Below are positions 29,124-38,804 of a stretch of DNA of 64,000 bases, piece by piece. This DNA is from Polyangiales bacterium (lineage in GTDB: Bacteria > Myxococcota_A > Polyangia > Polyangiales > Polyangiaceae). The DNA lies in assembly GCA_038231275.1 (NCBI GenBank), contig JBBRLQ010000004.1, positions 320,001 to 384,000 on the forward strand, in the 5' to 3' direction. The notes beneath the pieces are model-generated. The model made no database searches. It was not told the origin of the DNA and worked only from the letters and a program-made list of their open reading frames with translations. Position 1 is the stretch's first letter; each line of letters begins with the position of its first letter. The position numbers and the translations under genes are program-made.

Positions 29124-31708
29124 GCCGCGTTCATAGCCGGTCTCGCGCGCCGACGACCAAGCGATTCGCCGTCGCCGTTCGCGTCGACCCAGATCGCGCC
29201 GGTCATGGCGAAGGGAGCAGTCTCCTTCGCTTCGCCCGAGAGCACCGGCGTCATCGGGGTCGATCCTTCGACGATCACGACCACCGCGTCGTCCTCCGCG
29301 AAGCGGACGGTGGCGGTGAGGTCTTGCCCCACGGCGGACGACGGGAGCGGCGCAGGCCTCCACGACAGCGCCGGGGACGTCACGAGCGCATCGCCGGTCC
29401 GCGCCGAGACCAGGCGCACCCTCTCGAGGGTGATCCATGGCGCGTGCTCGACGTGAATGGCGAAGCTGACGCTCGGCCCCTTCGCGACGCCGCCGATGGG
29501 CGCGCCGTTGGCGGACACACGAAGAAACGGGCCGTTGGTCAGTACCACGTCGCGCAGCTCACGAACGCCGCGCACGAGATCGGCGGTGCGCGCGGGGCTC
29601 CACGCCTCGAGGTGCGCGTCGTCGGGCACGCGGACGTACGTGCGCGGGTAGCCGGCCTCTTGGCCGACGACGCCGTGCGTGTCGGTGTCGGCGGTGGCCG
29701 TCACCGGATGCCGCGTGCGAAGGAGGGCGAAGAAATCAGCGAGCACCTTGTCGCGCGCGTCCACGTTGCGTCCGTTCCACACTTCGAGCGCGTCGAAATC
29801 GGGATCGTAGCCGGGGTCCTTCCCTACCCCGGTCTTCGCGTCGAAGCCGAGCTGGTCGAAGTAGCCGGTGACGCCGGTGCGCGGGTGGTTGATCTGGAAG
29901 ATGGGCGCGGGGGTGAGGTGGCGCGCGCGGAGCTCCGCGAAGATCTCTCGCGCGCTGCGATCGCGGACCTCGGGCGCGCCGCCACGCGGCTTGTCGGGCT
30001 CTTCGGGGAGCGGGAACACGTTCGCGTGGCCCCACGGCTTCTTGCTCGAGTCGGTCGTCAGCTCGTCGCCGGGAATCGTGACCAGCGACGACTCGAGCTT
30101 CAGATCGCGCACCAGGCCCGACAGATCGACCACGACGTTGTGCTCGCTGGCGACCGCGACCTCGAGCCCCTCCGCCGCGTTCGACACGAGCCGATCGCGC
30201 AGGCCCACCGGCGAGTCGGCGCCGAGCATCGTGTGCTGATGAAAATCGGTCGAGACGTACCCGGTGGTGTCGACGACGCGCGCGAGGGCGACATCGGAAG
30301 CGGCGATCGTCCACGTCTCGCCGGCGCGAACGGTCGCGGCGAACGCGCGCGTCGCGTATTCGGGGCCGCGCGACAAGGTCACGGCGTACGTGCCGACGGC
30401 GACCGGCACGTCCACCTTGCCGTCGTGCGTCGTCACTTGGTTGCGCGCGGGGCCGGCGGCGTGCGCGGGACCGAAGTCCGGCGTCGTCGTCCCGCCGGTG
30501 CCTTCGAGCGTCACCTTGCACGGCGCACCGCACGAAAACGCGACGCGTCCGGGGCGCGTGACGGCGAGAAGCGCGGTCGTCACGCTGTCCTTCGCGACGA
30601 CGATCGGCAGACGGGGTCCGGCGCTCGCGCGGCCACCCCCCGACGCATACGCCACCTCGTATTTTCCCGGAGGGAGGTCGCCGGCGAGGACCTTCGCAGG
30701 CCCGGCGCCGGTGAGCGTGAGCACCTCCCCGCCGCCCGGCACGAAGAGAGACGCCTTGGCGCCGAGGAACGACGGCGTCGCCTTGTCCTCCTCACGCAGC
30801 TCGAGCTCGAGCCTCCCCAGCTCCGCCCCGGGCGACGCGAGGATCAGCTCGGCGACCAGGCTCGACGTGTCGGGGCGCTCGCCGACGACGAAGACGCGTG
30901 CATACTGCACACTTTCGCCCGGCTTCAGAACGACGTCCTTGCGCTGCTCGGTGTCGGTCCACGATCCGCCGCTGACCGCGTCGATCTCGCCGTCGGTCGA
31001 CGTGATGGCATAGCTCACGAGCCTCCCGACGCCACCGACGTATGGGCCGTGCGATTTTCCACGGAAGCCCACCGATTTTCCGGGCGCGACCTTCTCGGCG
31101 CCACCCCACTGGATCGCGTCGCCGAGGCCGAGCTTGTCGATGGCGCGATCGCTGGTGTTCGTCAGCGTCGTCTCGAGGAGGAGCGCGCGATCGCCAGGGG
31201 CGAGCGTGTAGCGCGTCGTGACCTCGAGATCCTTCTCGTACAGCTCGTGGCCCTTCGCTTCGACCCACGCTACGCCGCCGTCGCCGGCGCCGCTGGTGAT
31301 GCGGCCGTACACGCCCTGTCGGGGGAAGGTGCCGAAGTACGTGAACACCATCCCGAGCTCGTCTTTGCGCGCGCCCGCGTCGGCGGCGTCGACGAGGTTG
31401 CCGCCGCTCTCGGCGAAGCCGGCACCTCCGCCGAGCTGGTCGATGACGAAGACCACGTCCTCGTTCTCCAGCACGATGTCGCCGGGCCTGCCGACCGCGT
31501 TGGGGCCGCCGAGCTCTTGTCCCTTGGCGAGCGGATGCACGCGCGCGGGCTTCGCGGCGGTCTTGGCGGCGTCGCGGCGTGCGCGGCTGGGGATGAGGCT
31601 GATGCGCTGCGCGGCACCGGGCGACACTTCGATCTGTGGTGTCACGTCTTCCTTGGGCGGGCACGCGGTCCCGAAGAGGACGAGCGCGACCGGGAGCGCA
31701 CGACGCAT
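29063..31708 (-). CDS. PHP-domain metallohydrolase lipoprotein (CehA/McbA-like)
   Basis: LFGTA-C lipobox; DFHQHT, SEHN, GDE..GHAN, NHPR, EVWNG, DTDTH. Start could be 31762. Confidence 0.8.
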   Translation of the reverse strand: MRRALPVALVLFGTACPPKEDVTPQIEVSPGAAQRISLIPSRARRDAAKTAAKPARVHPLAKGQELGGPNAVGRPGDIVLENEDVVFVIDQLGGGAGFAESGGNLVDAADAGARKDELGMVFTYFGTFPRQGVYGRITSGAGDGGVAWVEAKGHELYEKDLEVTTRYTLAPGDRALLLETTLTNTSDRAIDKLGLGDAIQWGGAEKVAPGKSVGFRGKSHGPYVGGVGRLVSYAITSTDGEIDAVSGGSWTDTEQRKDVVLKPGESVQYARVFVVGERPDTSSLVAELILASPGAELGRLELELREEDKATPSFLGAKASLFVPGGGEVLTLTGAGPAKVLAGDLPPGKYEVAYASGGGRASAGPRLPIVVAKDSVTTALLAVTRPGRVAFSCGAPCKVTLEGTGGTTTPDFGPAHAAGPARNQVTTHDGKVDVPVAVGTYAVTLSRGPEYATRAFAATVRAGETWTIAASDVALARVVDTTGYVSTDFHQHTMLGADSPVGLRDRLVSNAAEGLEVAVASEHNVVVDLSGLVRDLKLESSLVTIPGDELTTDSSKKPWGHANVFPLPEEPDKPRGGAPEVRDRSAREIFAELRARHLTPAPIFQINHPRTGVTGYFDQLGFDAKTGVGKDPGYDPDFDALEVWNGRNVDARDKVLADFFALLRTRHPVTATADTDTHGVVGQEAGYPRTYVRVPDDAHLEAWSPARTADLVRGVRELRDVVLTNGPFLRVSANGAPIGGVAKGPSVSFAIHVEHAPWITLERVRLVSARTGDALVTSPALSWRPAPLPSSAVGQDLTATVRFAEDDAVVVIVEGSTPMTPVLSGEAKETAPFAMTGAIWVDANGDGESLGRRRARPAMNAAWPKPSPSSPTPAAAPARRP

Positions 31709-31796
31709 GAAGCGTGAGACCGACTGGCGCCGGGATCCTTGGAGCCTGGCGGTCATGGTCATGGCGTCCTCACGTCCTCGCGATCTCGTCATCAGG

Positions 31797-32960
31797 TCAT
31801 CGCGTGGCGAGGAAGCGCGCGAGGGCCTGGGCTTTCAAGAGGAGCGTGAACACCTCGATCTGCTCGTCCTTCGTGTGAAAGCCGATACCACGCGGACCCA
31901 AGCCATCGATCGACGCGATCCCGATCGCGCTCGACGTGCTCGCGTCCGAGCCTCCGCCGATGAGCGCGGCTTCGCCGTCGCCGAGCCCCGACGCGCGCGC
32001 TGCCTTTCCGTAGGAGGCCATGAGCGCCGCGCTGGCGTCGGTTCGCTCGAGCGGGAAGCGCGCGATGCCGCCCGAGAGCTCGATGCGGGTGCCGGGGACG
32101 GACGCGGCCGCCTCGTCCGCCGCGTCGCGCACGGCGTTCACGAGCGCCTCGCCGTCGGCGCGCGTGACGAAGCGCAGATCGATCAGCGCCTCGGCGCGAT
32201 CGGGGATGGTGTTCTTGCCCTGCCCGCCCGTGAATTTTCCGACCGTGAGCGTGACGCCGCGATCGTAGTCCGTGAGGCCTTGGATGCGATCGACGAAGCG
32301 CGCGAGCGCCCAGATCGCGTTTGCGCCTTCCTTGTGGTTGTTCCCGGCGTGCGCGGCCTTCCCGTGCGCGACCGCCGTCATGCCGCCGGTCCCCTTGCGG
32401 CGCGTGATGATGGCGTCGGCCTTGCGCCCGGCCTCGAAGACGAGCGCCCCCGACGCGCCGGCGATCTCGCGCGCCAGGATCGACTGTCCCTCTGGCGATC
32501 CGACCTCTTCGTCCGCGACGATCACGAGGCGCAGCGGCGCGATCGCATCGAGGCTGGCGGTCTCCGCGAGTGCGCGAAGGGCCCATGCGACGACGACGAG
32601 GCCGCCCTTCATGTCGAGCACGCCGGGGCCGCGCCGGAGATCGCCGTCCTTCGTGAAGCCCTCGAAGGTCCCCGGCGGAAAGACCGTGTCGAGGTGGCCG
32701 ATGAGCGCGACGGGCGGCGCCCCTGCGCGTCCCTTGCTCGAGAAGACGAGGTGATCGGCGAAGCGCGTGCTCGCCTCCACGCGCGCGTCGAGGCCGGCGA
32801 TGCGAAAGACGGTGTCGCGAAGCATCGCGCCGACCTTGCGGCCTCCGTCGGTGTTGTCGGTGAAGGAGTTCACCTCGACGAGCTCGGCGAGTGCGGTCTC
32901 CATGGCGGCGCCTTGCTCGGCGAGCCAGCGTGCGGCGTCTTCGGCGGGATCTCGGATCAT
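31797..32960 (-). CDS. M20 metallopeptidase (carboxypeptidase G2-like)
   Basis: GHLDTVF, GPGVLDMKGG, DEEVGS, HAG, GGGSDA, DGLGP..FH..E. Confidence 0.9.
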   Translation of the reverse strand: MIRDPAEDAARWLAEQGAAMETALAELVEVNSFTDNTDGGRKVGAMLRDTVFRIAGLDARVEASTRFADHLVFSSKGRAGAPPVALIGHLDTVFPPGTFEGFTKDGDLRRGPGVLDMKGGLVVVAWALRALAETASLDAIAPLRLVIVADEEVGSPEGQSILAREIAGASGALVFEAGRKADAIITRRKGTGGMTAVAHGKAAHAGNNHKEGANAIWALARFVDRIQGLTDYDRGVTLTVGKFTGGQGKNTIPDRAEALIDLRFVTRADGEALVNAVRDAADEAAASVPGTRIELSGGIARFPLERTDASAALMASYGKAARASGLGDGEAALIGGGSDASTSSAIGIASIDGLGPRGIGFHTKDEQIEVFTLLLKAQALARFLATR

Positions 32961-32998
32961 GCGGCGGTCATCCTAGATCGCGGGGAGGGCGCGGGCAT

Positions 32999-33051
32999 TC
33001 AACGAACGTTCGTTCGATCGGACGCGAAACTCAACGAACGTTCGTTCGATC
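32999..33051. promoter_or_regulatory. Tandem palindromic operators (TetR-like)
   Basis: TCAACGAACGTTCGTTCGATC at 32999-33019 and 33031-33051, each containing the perfect palindrome AACGAACGTTCGTT. Confidence 0.7.
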
Positions 33052-33094
33052 ATCTGAAGGTTGCGTTCTGTAAAAACAGAATGTAGAGAATCTC

Positions 33095-33844
33095 ATGGCA
33101 AAGACTCCGCCGCCCCCCCTCGAGCGCACTGTCGCCGCCCGCGCGCGCGCCCGCGAGAAGCTCATGGCCCGGATCCCCAGCTGGTACAGCCCCTGGGGCC
33201 ACCTCAGCGCGACGACCGGCATCGGCCTCGCGATCCTCGCCCTCGCCCTCCACGAGCTCCACGCGGTGCGCGCGATCGAGCTCCTCGTCATACCCGCCGT
33301 GTTCCTCGTTTCGAACGCCTTCGAGTGGCGCGTCCACAAGGACGTCCTTCATCGTCGCCTCTGGCCGGTCGAGGTCATCTACCAACGCCACACGCCCGAG
33401 CATCACGCCGTCTACATGACCAACGACATGGCGATCCGCTCGACGAAGGAGTTCCGCCTCGTCCTCATGCCGGCGATGGGCATCCTCGGCATCGTCCTCG
33501 CCGCGACGCCGATGGCGTTCCTGGTCCGCGTCCTGTTCAGCGAGAACTGCGGCTGGCTCTTCCTCGTCTCGTCGGCGCTCTACATGGTGCTCTACGAGGT
33601 CTCGCACCTCTCCTACCACTTGCCGGAGACGACGTGGATCGGGCGGCGGCGGCTCGTCAAGTCGCTCCGAGAACACCACGCGCGGCATCACGATCCGCGC
33701 CTCATGCAGAAGTGGAACTTCAACGTGACCATCCCGCTCTTCGACTTGATCCACGGGACGATCGCGAAGAAGACCGCCGAGAGCCTCACGGACGACACGA
33801 CGGCGAAAGCGAGCGATCTGCCCACCGAGGGTGCGCTCCGCTGA
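33095..33844 (+). CDS. Fatty acid hydroxylase/sterol desaturase family protein
   Basis: His boxes HKDVLH, HTPEHH, HLSYH, HHARHH; four TMs. Confidence 0.85.
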   Translation: MAKTPPPPLERTVAARARAREKLMARIPSWYSPWGHLSATTGIGLAILALALHELHAVRAIELLVIPAVFLVSNAFEWRVHKDVLHRRLWPVEVIYQRHTPEHHAVYMTNDMAIRSTKEFRLVLMPAMGILGIVLAATPMAFLVRVLFSENCGWLFLVSSALYMVLYEVSHLSYHLPETTWIGRRRLVKSLREHHARHHDPRLMQKWNFNVTIPLFDLIHGTIAKKTAESLTDDTTAKASDLPTEGALR

Positions 33845-33883
33845 CGCGTGTTTTTCGCGAACGCGGTGCTACCCTCTCCGGCC

Positions 33884-34939
33884 ATGTCGAAGCGATTCAA
33901 GGCCGCCGTCATCGGCGGTAGCGGGTACGGCGGCGCCGAGCTCATTCGCCGTTTGCTCCTTCATCCGGACGTCGAGCTCGTGCGCGTCGCGTCCGTCGAT
34001 TTCATCGGCGAGCCGCTCGCCGCGGTGCACCCCAACCTCGAGGGGCAGACCGACTTGAAGTTTGAGGAGATCCCTGCGGGCGAGGCGGCGAAGGGCATGG
34101 ACGTCGTCCTCCTCGGCCTCCCGCACAAGGTCAGCGCGCACAAGATGCCCGAGCTCATCGCGAGCGGCGCGCGCGTCGTGGATCTGTCCGGCGATTTTCG
34201 GCTGCGCGATCCCGCCGTGTACAAGCGCTACTACGGCGCCGATCACCCCTGCCCCGACAAGCTGAAGGGTGACTTCGTGTACGGCCTCCCGGAGCTCAAT
34301 CGCGAGGCGATCAAGAAGGCGAAGTACGTCGCGTCGCCCGGCTGCTTCGCGACGACGATCGAGCTCGCGCTCCTGCCGCTCGCCAAGAAGGGCCTCCTCG
34401 AAGGGGCGGTCGAGGTCGTCGGCATCACCGGGTCTTCGGGCAGCGGCATCGCGCCGTCTGCGGGCACCCACCACCCGACGCGCGCGGTGAACCTGCGCAC
34501 GTACAAGCCGCTCGATCACCAGCACATCCCCGAGATCGTCCAAACGCTCCAGGACGCCGGCGCGAAGAACCTCACGATCCGCTTCGTCCCCGTGAGCGCG
34601 CCCCTGTCGCGCGGCATCTTCGCGACGAGCTTCGCGCACGTCCCCGAGCGCGTCACCGCCGACGCCATACGTGCACTCTACACAGAGGCCTTCGCCGGCG
34701 AGCCGTTCGTCCGCGTGCCGAAGAAGCGCCTGCCGGAGGTCGCCGCGGTGAGCGGGACCAACTACGCGGAGGTCGGCGTGCAGCCGGGGGACGTGTCGGG
34801 CGGCCTCCGCACCATCGCGTGCTTCAGCGCGACCGACAACCTCATCAAGGGCGGCGCCGGGCAGGCCATCCAGTCGATGAACCTGATGCTCGGCCTCGAC
34901 GAGCGCCTGACCTTGGAAGACCCGGGGGGCTGGCCGTGA
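33884..34939 (+). CDS. argC: N-acetyl-gamma-glutamyl-phosphate reductase
   Basis: GGSGYGGAEL, DLSGDFRL, YGLPE, PGCF, HQHIPEI, DNLIKGGAGQAIQ. Confidence 0.95.
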   Translation: MSKRFKAAVIGGSGYGGAELIRRLLLHPDVELVRVASVDFIGEPLAAVHPNLEGQTDLKFEEIPAGEAAKGMDVVLLGLPHKVSAHKMPELIASGARVVDLSGDFRLRDPAVYKRYYGADHPCPDKLKGDFVYGLPELNREAIKKAKYVASPGCFATTIELALLPLAKKGLLEGAVEVVGITGSSGSGIAPSAGTHHPTRAVNLRTYKPLDHQHIPEIVQTLQDAGAKNLTIRFVPVSAPLSRGIFATSFAHVPERVTADAIRALYTEAFAGEPFVRVPKKRLPEVAAVSGTNYAEVGVQPGDVSGGLRTIACFSATDNLIKGGAGQAIQSMNLMLGLDERLTLEDPGGWP

Positions 34940-35757
34940 GCGCAGGACCCGTCGTCCTCAAGCTGGGCGGCGAGGTCGTCGTGGGGCCACACATGGCCGC
35001 GATCGCCGCGGACGTGGCGGAGATGCGCAAGGGGCAGCCCGTCGTCGTCGTGCACGGCGGGGGGCCGCAGGCGACCGAGCTCCAGAAGAAGCTCGGGCAA
35101 ACGCCCAACATCGTGGCCGGTCGCCGCATCACCGATCGCGACGCCCTCGAGGTCATGAAGATGATCGTCGCGGGGAAGATCAACGTCGATCTCTGCTCCG
35201 CCCTCCTGGCCGCCGGCGCGCGGCCGGTGGGGCTCCACGGCGCGAGCTCGCTCGCCGTGCACGCGAAGAAGCGGCCGCCCAAGATCGTCGCCGGCGGCGG
35301 GCCCGATCCGATCGACTTCGGTCACGTCGGAGACGTCGTGTCCGTCAACAAGGACCTCATCGCGCTGCTGCTCGACGCCGGGTATTTGCCGGCGATCGCG
35401 TGCCTCGGCGCCGACGAGGCGGGAAACGTCTTCAACATCAACGCGGACATCGTCGCGAACAAGATGGCGATCGCGCTCGACGCGCAAGCACTGGTCCTCG
35501 TGTCGGACGTGCCCGGCGTCCTCCGCGACGTGAAGGATCCGTCGTCGCGCATCGCGCGCATGACCCTCGCGGACGGCAAGAAAGCGATCGCCGATGGCGT
35601 CGTCACCAAGGGGATGATCCCGAAGCTCGAGGAGTCGTTCGAAGCCATCGGGCAAGGCGTCCGCGCGGTCCACATCGTGGGCCGGCTCGAGCGCGGCCAC
35701 CTCGCGCGAGAGGTGGCCGAGCCCGGGAGCGTCGGTACGGTTCTCGTTAGCGCGTGA
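34936..35757 (+). CDS. argB: Acetylglutamate kinase
   Basis: VLKLGG, VVHGGGPQ, GRRITD, NINAD, DVPG, GMIPK; GTGA overlap with argC. Confidence 0.92.
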   Translation: MSAGPVVLKLGGEVVVGPHMAAIAADVAEMRKGQPVVVVHGGGPQATELQKKLGQTPNIVAGRRITDRDALEVMKMIVAGKINVDLCSALLAAGARPVGLHGASSLAVHAKKRPPKIVAGGGPDPIDFGHVGDVVSVNKDLIALLLDAGYLPAIACLGADEAGNVFNINADIVANKMAIALDAQALVLVSDVPGVLRDVKDPSSRIARMTLADGKKAIADGVVTKGMIPKLEESFEAIGQGVRAVHIVGRLERGHLAREVAEPGSVGTVLVSA

Positions 35758-35760
35758 CGA

Positions 35761-37032
35761 TCAGGTCTTTCCGCCGACGCTGCCGCTCGCCGAGGCCTTC
35801 ACCTCGACCGACACGCTGACATTGGCCTTCAAGCTGCCCGCCGCCTTCATGACGCCGGCGAACGGCTCGGCGACACACGCCGTGAGCTGCGCGCCGCTGA
35901 CCGCGTTGGCGCTCGCCGCGCTCTTCACGCTGGCCTCGAGGCCCTGGACGATGCCCGACACGTTGCCGCTCATCTTGACGCTGGCTTCGCCGAGGCCGAT
36001 CGCGATCTTGAGCACGAGCGGGAGGTTCTTCTCGAGCGCCACCTTGTACGACTCGGCGACCTTGGCGTCCGCCGCGCCGTCGACGCGAATGGCGACCTTG
36101 GCGGGCGAGCACTCGGCGTGCGACTGAACCTGCGCGCTGCACTTGGCCTTGCACTCGCCGCTCATCTCCGGCGGCTTGACCTCGCCGCGGCACTTCGGCT
36201 CCTTCATCTCGACCGAGCACTTGCCGGTGCAGGTCCCCTCGCACTTGGCGGTCGCTTGCATCTTGCACGAGCCGCCGCATTTTCCGCCGCACGTGGCCTC
36301 GACGTTGCCGTCGCACTTGCCGTCGCAGGTGCCGGCGCACGCGCCTTTGCCGTCTTTGCCGTCGCACTTGCCGTTGCACGTGCCGTTGCACTTGCCTTTG
36401 ATGGCGACGTCGCACGAGCCGTGACACGTGCCCTCGCACTTGGCGGCGGCGCTCATGTCGCAGGTGCCTTCGCAGTTGCCGCTGCAGGAGCCGGCCAGGT
36501 GGCCGGGCTCGCACTCGACCTTCGCAGTGCCGGGCTTCACGTTCACGTCGCACTTGCCGGCGCAGTCGGCCATGACGCTCATCTGCGCTTCGCAGTGCGG
36601 CGGCACGATGTCGATCGCGATCTGCGCCTTCGCGCCGAGCTTCCCCTTCGCGTCGCCAATCGCCTTCACGGCGAGCTTGCACGCCTCGTCGCCGCTCTTC
36701 GGCTCGCCGGCGGCGCCGAGATCCTTGGCGATGCCGCCGCACGCGGTCTTCAGATCCGCGTCGACCTTCGCGGCGAACTGCTCGAGCTCGAGCGACGCGA
36801 CGAGGCCCGCCTTGATCTTGCCGCCAACTTCGGGGGCGAGCTTGAAGTTCGAGACGAAGTCGAACGACGCGACCTCCTCGATGTTCGCCATGTTCGGGCA
36901 CTTGCCGGTGAGGCCCTCCGCACCCGGCACGTTCGCGAGGCCGGGGACACCGCCCGCGCCGCCGCAGTTCGTCAGCACCGGCCCCAGGGCCCCCAGACCG
37001 ATCAACGAGATGAATCGCCACGCGTTTGTCAT
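35761..37032 (-). CDS. Lipoprotein with CxGxCxGxC repeats
   Basis: AAGGAG RBS, VLTN-C lipobox, six CxGxCxGxC units. Confidence 0.75.
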   Translation of the reverse strand: MTNAWRFISLIGLGALGPVLTNCGGAGGVPGLANVPGAEGLTGKCPNMANIEEVASFDFVSNFKLAPEVGGKIKAGLVASLELEQFAAKVDADLKTACGGIAKDLGAAGEPKSGDEACKLAVKAIGDAKGKLGAKAQIAIDIVPPHCEAQMSVMADCAGKCDVNVKPGTAKVECEPGHLAGSCSGNCEGTCDMSAAAKCEGTCHGSCDVAIKGKCNGTCNGKCDGKDGKGACAGTCDGKCDGNVEATCGGKCGGSCKMQATAKCEGTCTGKCSVEMKEPKCRGEVKPPEMSGECKAKCSAQVQSHAECSPAKVAIRVDGAADAKVAESYKVALEKNLPLVLKIAIGLGEASVKMSGNVSGIVQGLEASVKSAASANAVSGAQLTACVAEPFAGVMKAAGSLKANVSVSVEVKASASGSVGGKT

Positions 37033-37092
37033 GAGCAGCTCCTTCGCCACGACGGGTATCACGACCCGCGTGTCGTGTGCTATCGACACTTG

Positions 37093-37725
37093 GTGAGGAT
37101 CGCGGTCTGCGACGTCGGGCTCGGCAACCTGCGCAGCGTCGAGCGGGCGCTTTCGCGGGCGGCGAGCGACGCGGGCGTGTCGGCGACGATCACGCGGACG
37201 ACCGATCCCGAAGCGCTCCAGGCGGCCGACAAGATCGTGGTGCCGGGACAGGGCGCATTTCGGGACTGCGCGGTCGCAATGGGCCGCGGGATGGGTGACG
37301 CCGTGAAGGAGGCGATCCGCGCAGGCACGCCGTACCTCGGCATCTGCCTGGGTCTCCAGGTTCTCTTCGAAGCGAGCGCCGAGGCCGACGGGTGCGAAGG
37401 ACTCGGCGTCCTCAAGGGAAAAGTCGAGCGGCTGACCGGCGGAGTCGACGCCTTCACCGGCGCCGCGCTGAAGATCCCTCACATGGGATGGAATCGCGTG
37501 GACCCGTACGGCGCGTCGCTCTTGCCGCCGGACGCGGCGTCGTTCTACTTCGTCCACAGCTACGCGGTGGTACCCGCCGATCCGAGCGTCGTCGTCGCGA
37601 TGACGGACTATGGCGGCCCGTTCGTCAGCGCCGTCGCGAAGGACAACGTCTTCGCCTGCCAGTTCCACCCCGAGAAGAGCCAGGCGGTAGGCCTCGCGCT
37701 CCTCACGCGCTTCGTCCGCGCGTGA
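37093..37725 (+). CDS. hisH: Imidazole glycerol phosphate synthase, glutaminase subunit
   Basis: GNLRSV, PGQGAF, GICLGLQ, PHMGWN, YFVHSY, QFHPEKS. Confidence 0.95.
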   Translation: MRIAVCDVGLGNLRSVERALSRAASDAGVSATITRTTDPEALQAADKIVVPGQGAFRDCAVAMGRGMGDAVKEAIRAGTPYLGICLGLQVLFEASAEADGCEGLGVLKGKVERLTGGVDAFTGAALKIPHMGWNRVDPYGASLLPPDAASFYFVHSYAVVPADPSVVVAMTDYGGPFVSAVAKDNVFACQFHPEKSQAVGLALLTRFVRA

Positions 37726-37759
37726 GCGATCTTCGGCCGCTCAAGGCGTGACCCGAAAT

Positions 37760-38776
37760 TCAGAAGCTGTAGACCTTGCCCATCCACTCGAGGGCCTGGA
37801 CGAGGCCCTTCATCGGCAGCTCGTCGGCGTTCAGCATGATGAGGTAGCCGGCCTTGCCGCCTCGGGCAGCGCCGCGCGGATCGTAGAGGAGCCAGTCGTT
37901 CGGCTGACCGAGGTTCGCGATCGGGAAGCAGTCGTCGAGGCCGGTGGCACCGTACGCCACGCCGTCCGCGATGAAGCGGTGCGCGCTGCCCATCACCTTG
38001 CCGCCCGCCCAGTCGGCGGTGCCGAGGATGACGTTGTCGTAGAGCGTGATGCCGTCGTGCATCGTGAGCAGGGCGCGGTAGTCGTTCGGGAAGCTGACCT
38101 TTGCCTTCTTCTCCGCAGCAGCGATGCGCGAGAGCGCCGCCGGCTTTCCGTACTTGACCGCGTGGCCGCGCTTCTCGAACGGACGCGCGGCGACGGCGAG
38201 CGCCTTCTTCACCGACGCGACGTGCGGCTTGACGGCGACCTTGATCGGCTTCGGCGCGAAGGCGGCGAGGAGCTTCTTCACATTGGGCTTGTCGGCGGCG
38301 CGACGGAGATCGTCGTCCCCCTGAATCTGCTTGGGCGACACGCCCGCGCGGAGCGCGCGATCCATCGCGGTGAGCATGCCCTTCTCGTCGCCGACGAGCG
38401 CCGCCGCGCACGCCAGGTTGAAGACGAGCTGCGCCTCCACCTTTCCCTTGGGGATGTGCGCGCCGAGCGCCGCGTAGCGCGCGGCATCCTTGCCGATCGC
38501 CGCGAGCGCGTTGCGCAGCAGCTCCTCGGCGTGGAACCCGCGCTGCGGGAGGCCCGACCATCGCGCGAGGACCAGATCGACGATCTCCCGCACTTCGCGC
38601 CCGCCCCGGGCCTGCGTGCCGAAGCGCGCGAGAAGCAGCGTCGCGCAGGAGAGGAACGCCTCGGCGTCTTCTTTGCCGATGCGACCCGTCAGGCCGTTCG
38701 CCATCTTCGTGAAGCCGCCGACGGGCCGCGCGCTCTGGAGGATGTCGAGGACCTGGTCCCGCTTCGTAGTGCTCAT
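37760..38776 (-). CDS. SMI1/KNR4 (SUKH) domain protein with N-terminal TPR-like region
   Basis: IAAAEKK.KVSFPNDYRALLTMHDG; FPIA; FNLACAAALVG..D.DL. Confidence 0.75.
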   Translation of the reverse strand: MSTTKRDQVLDILQSARPVGGFTKMANGLTGRIGKEDAEAFLSCATLLLARFGTQARGGREVREIVDLVLARWSGLPQRGFHAEELLRNALAAIGKDAARYAALGAHIPKGKVEAQLVFNLACAAALVGDEKGMLTAMDRALRAGVSPKQIQGDDDLRRAADKPNVKKLLAAFAPKPIKVAVKPHVASVKKALAVAARPFEKRGHAVKYGKPAALSRIAAAEKKAKVSFPNDYRALLTMHDGITLYDNVILGTADWAGGKVMGSAHRFIADGVAYGATGLDDCFPIANLGQPNDWLLYDPRGAARGGKAGYLIMLNADELPMKGLVQALEWMGKVYSF

Positions 38777-38804
38777 GGTCGAGGGTTGCTTGTACCATGT
38801 CCGC

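Noticed and set aside
31797-32960. M20 enzyme as ArgE because it is near argCB
   Set aside because: Motifs are carboxypeptidase G2-like and the gene is divergent and separated by the hydroxylase; not supportable from sequence alone.
32999-33051. Possible mini-CRISPR (two identical 21-bp repeats)
   Set aside because: Only two units, an 11-bp spacer and no cas genes; an operator pair explains it better.
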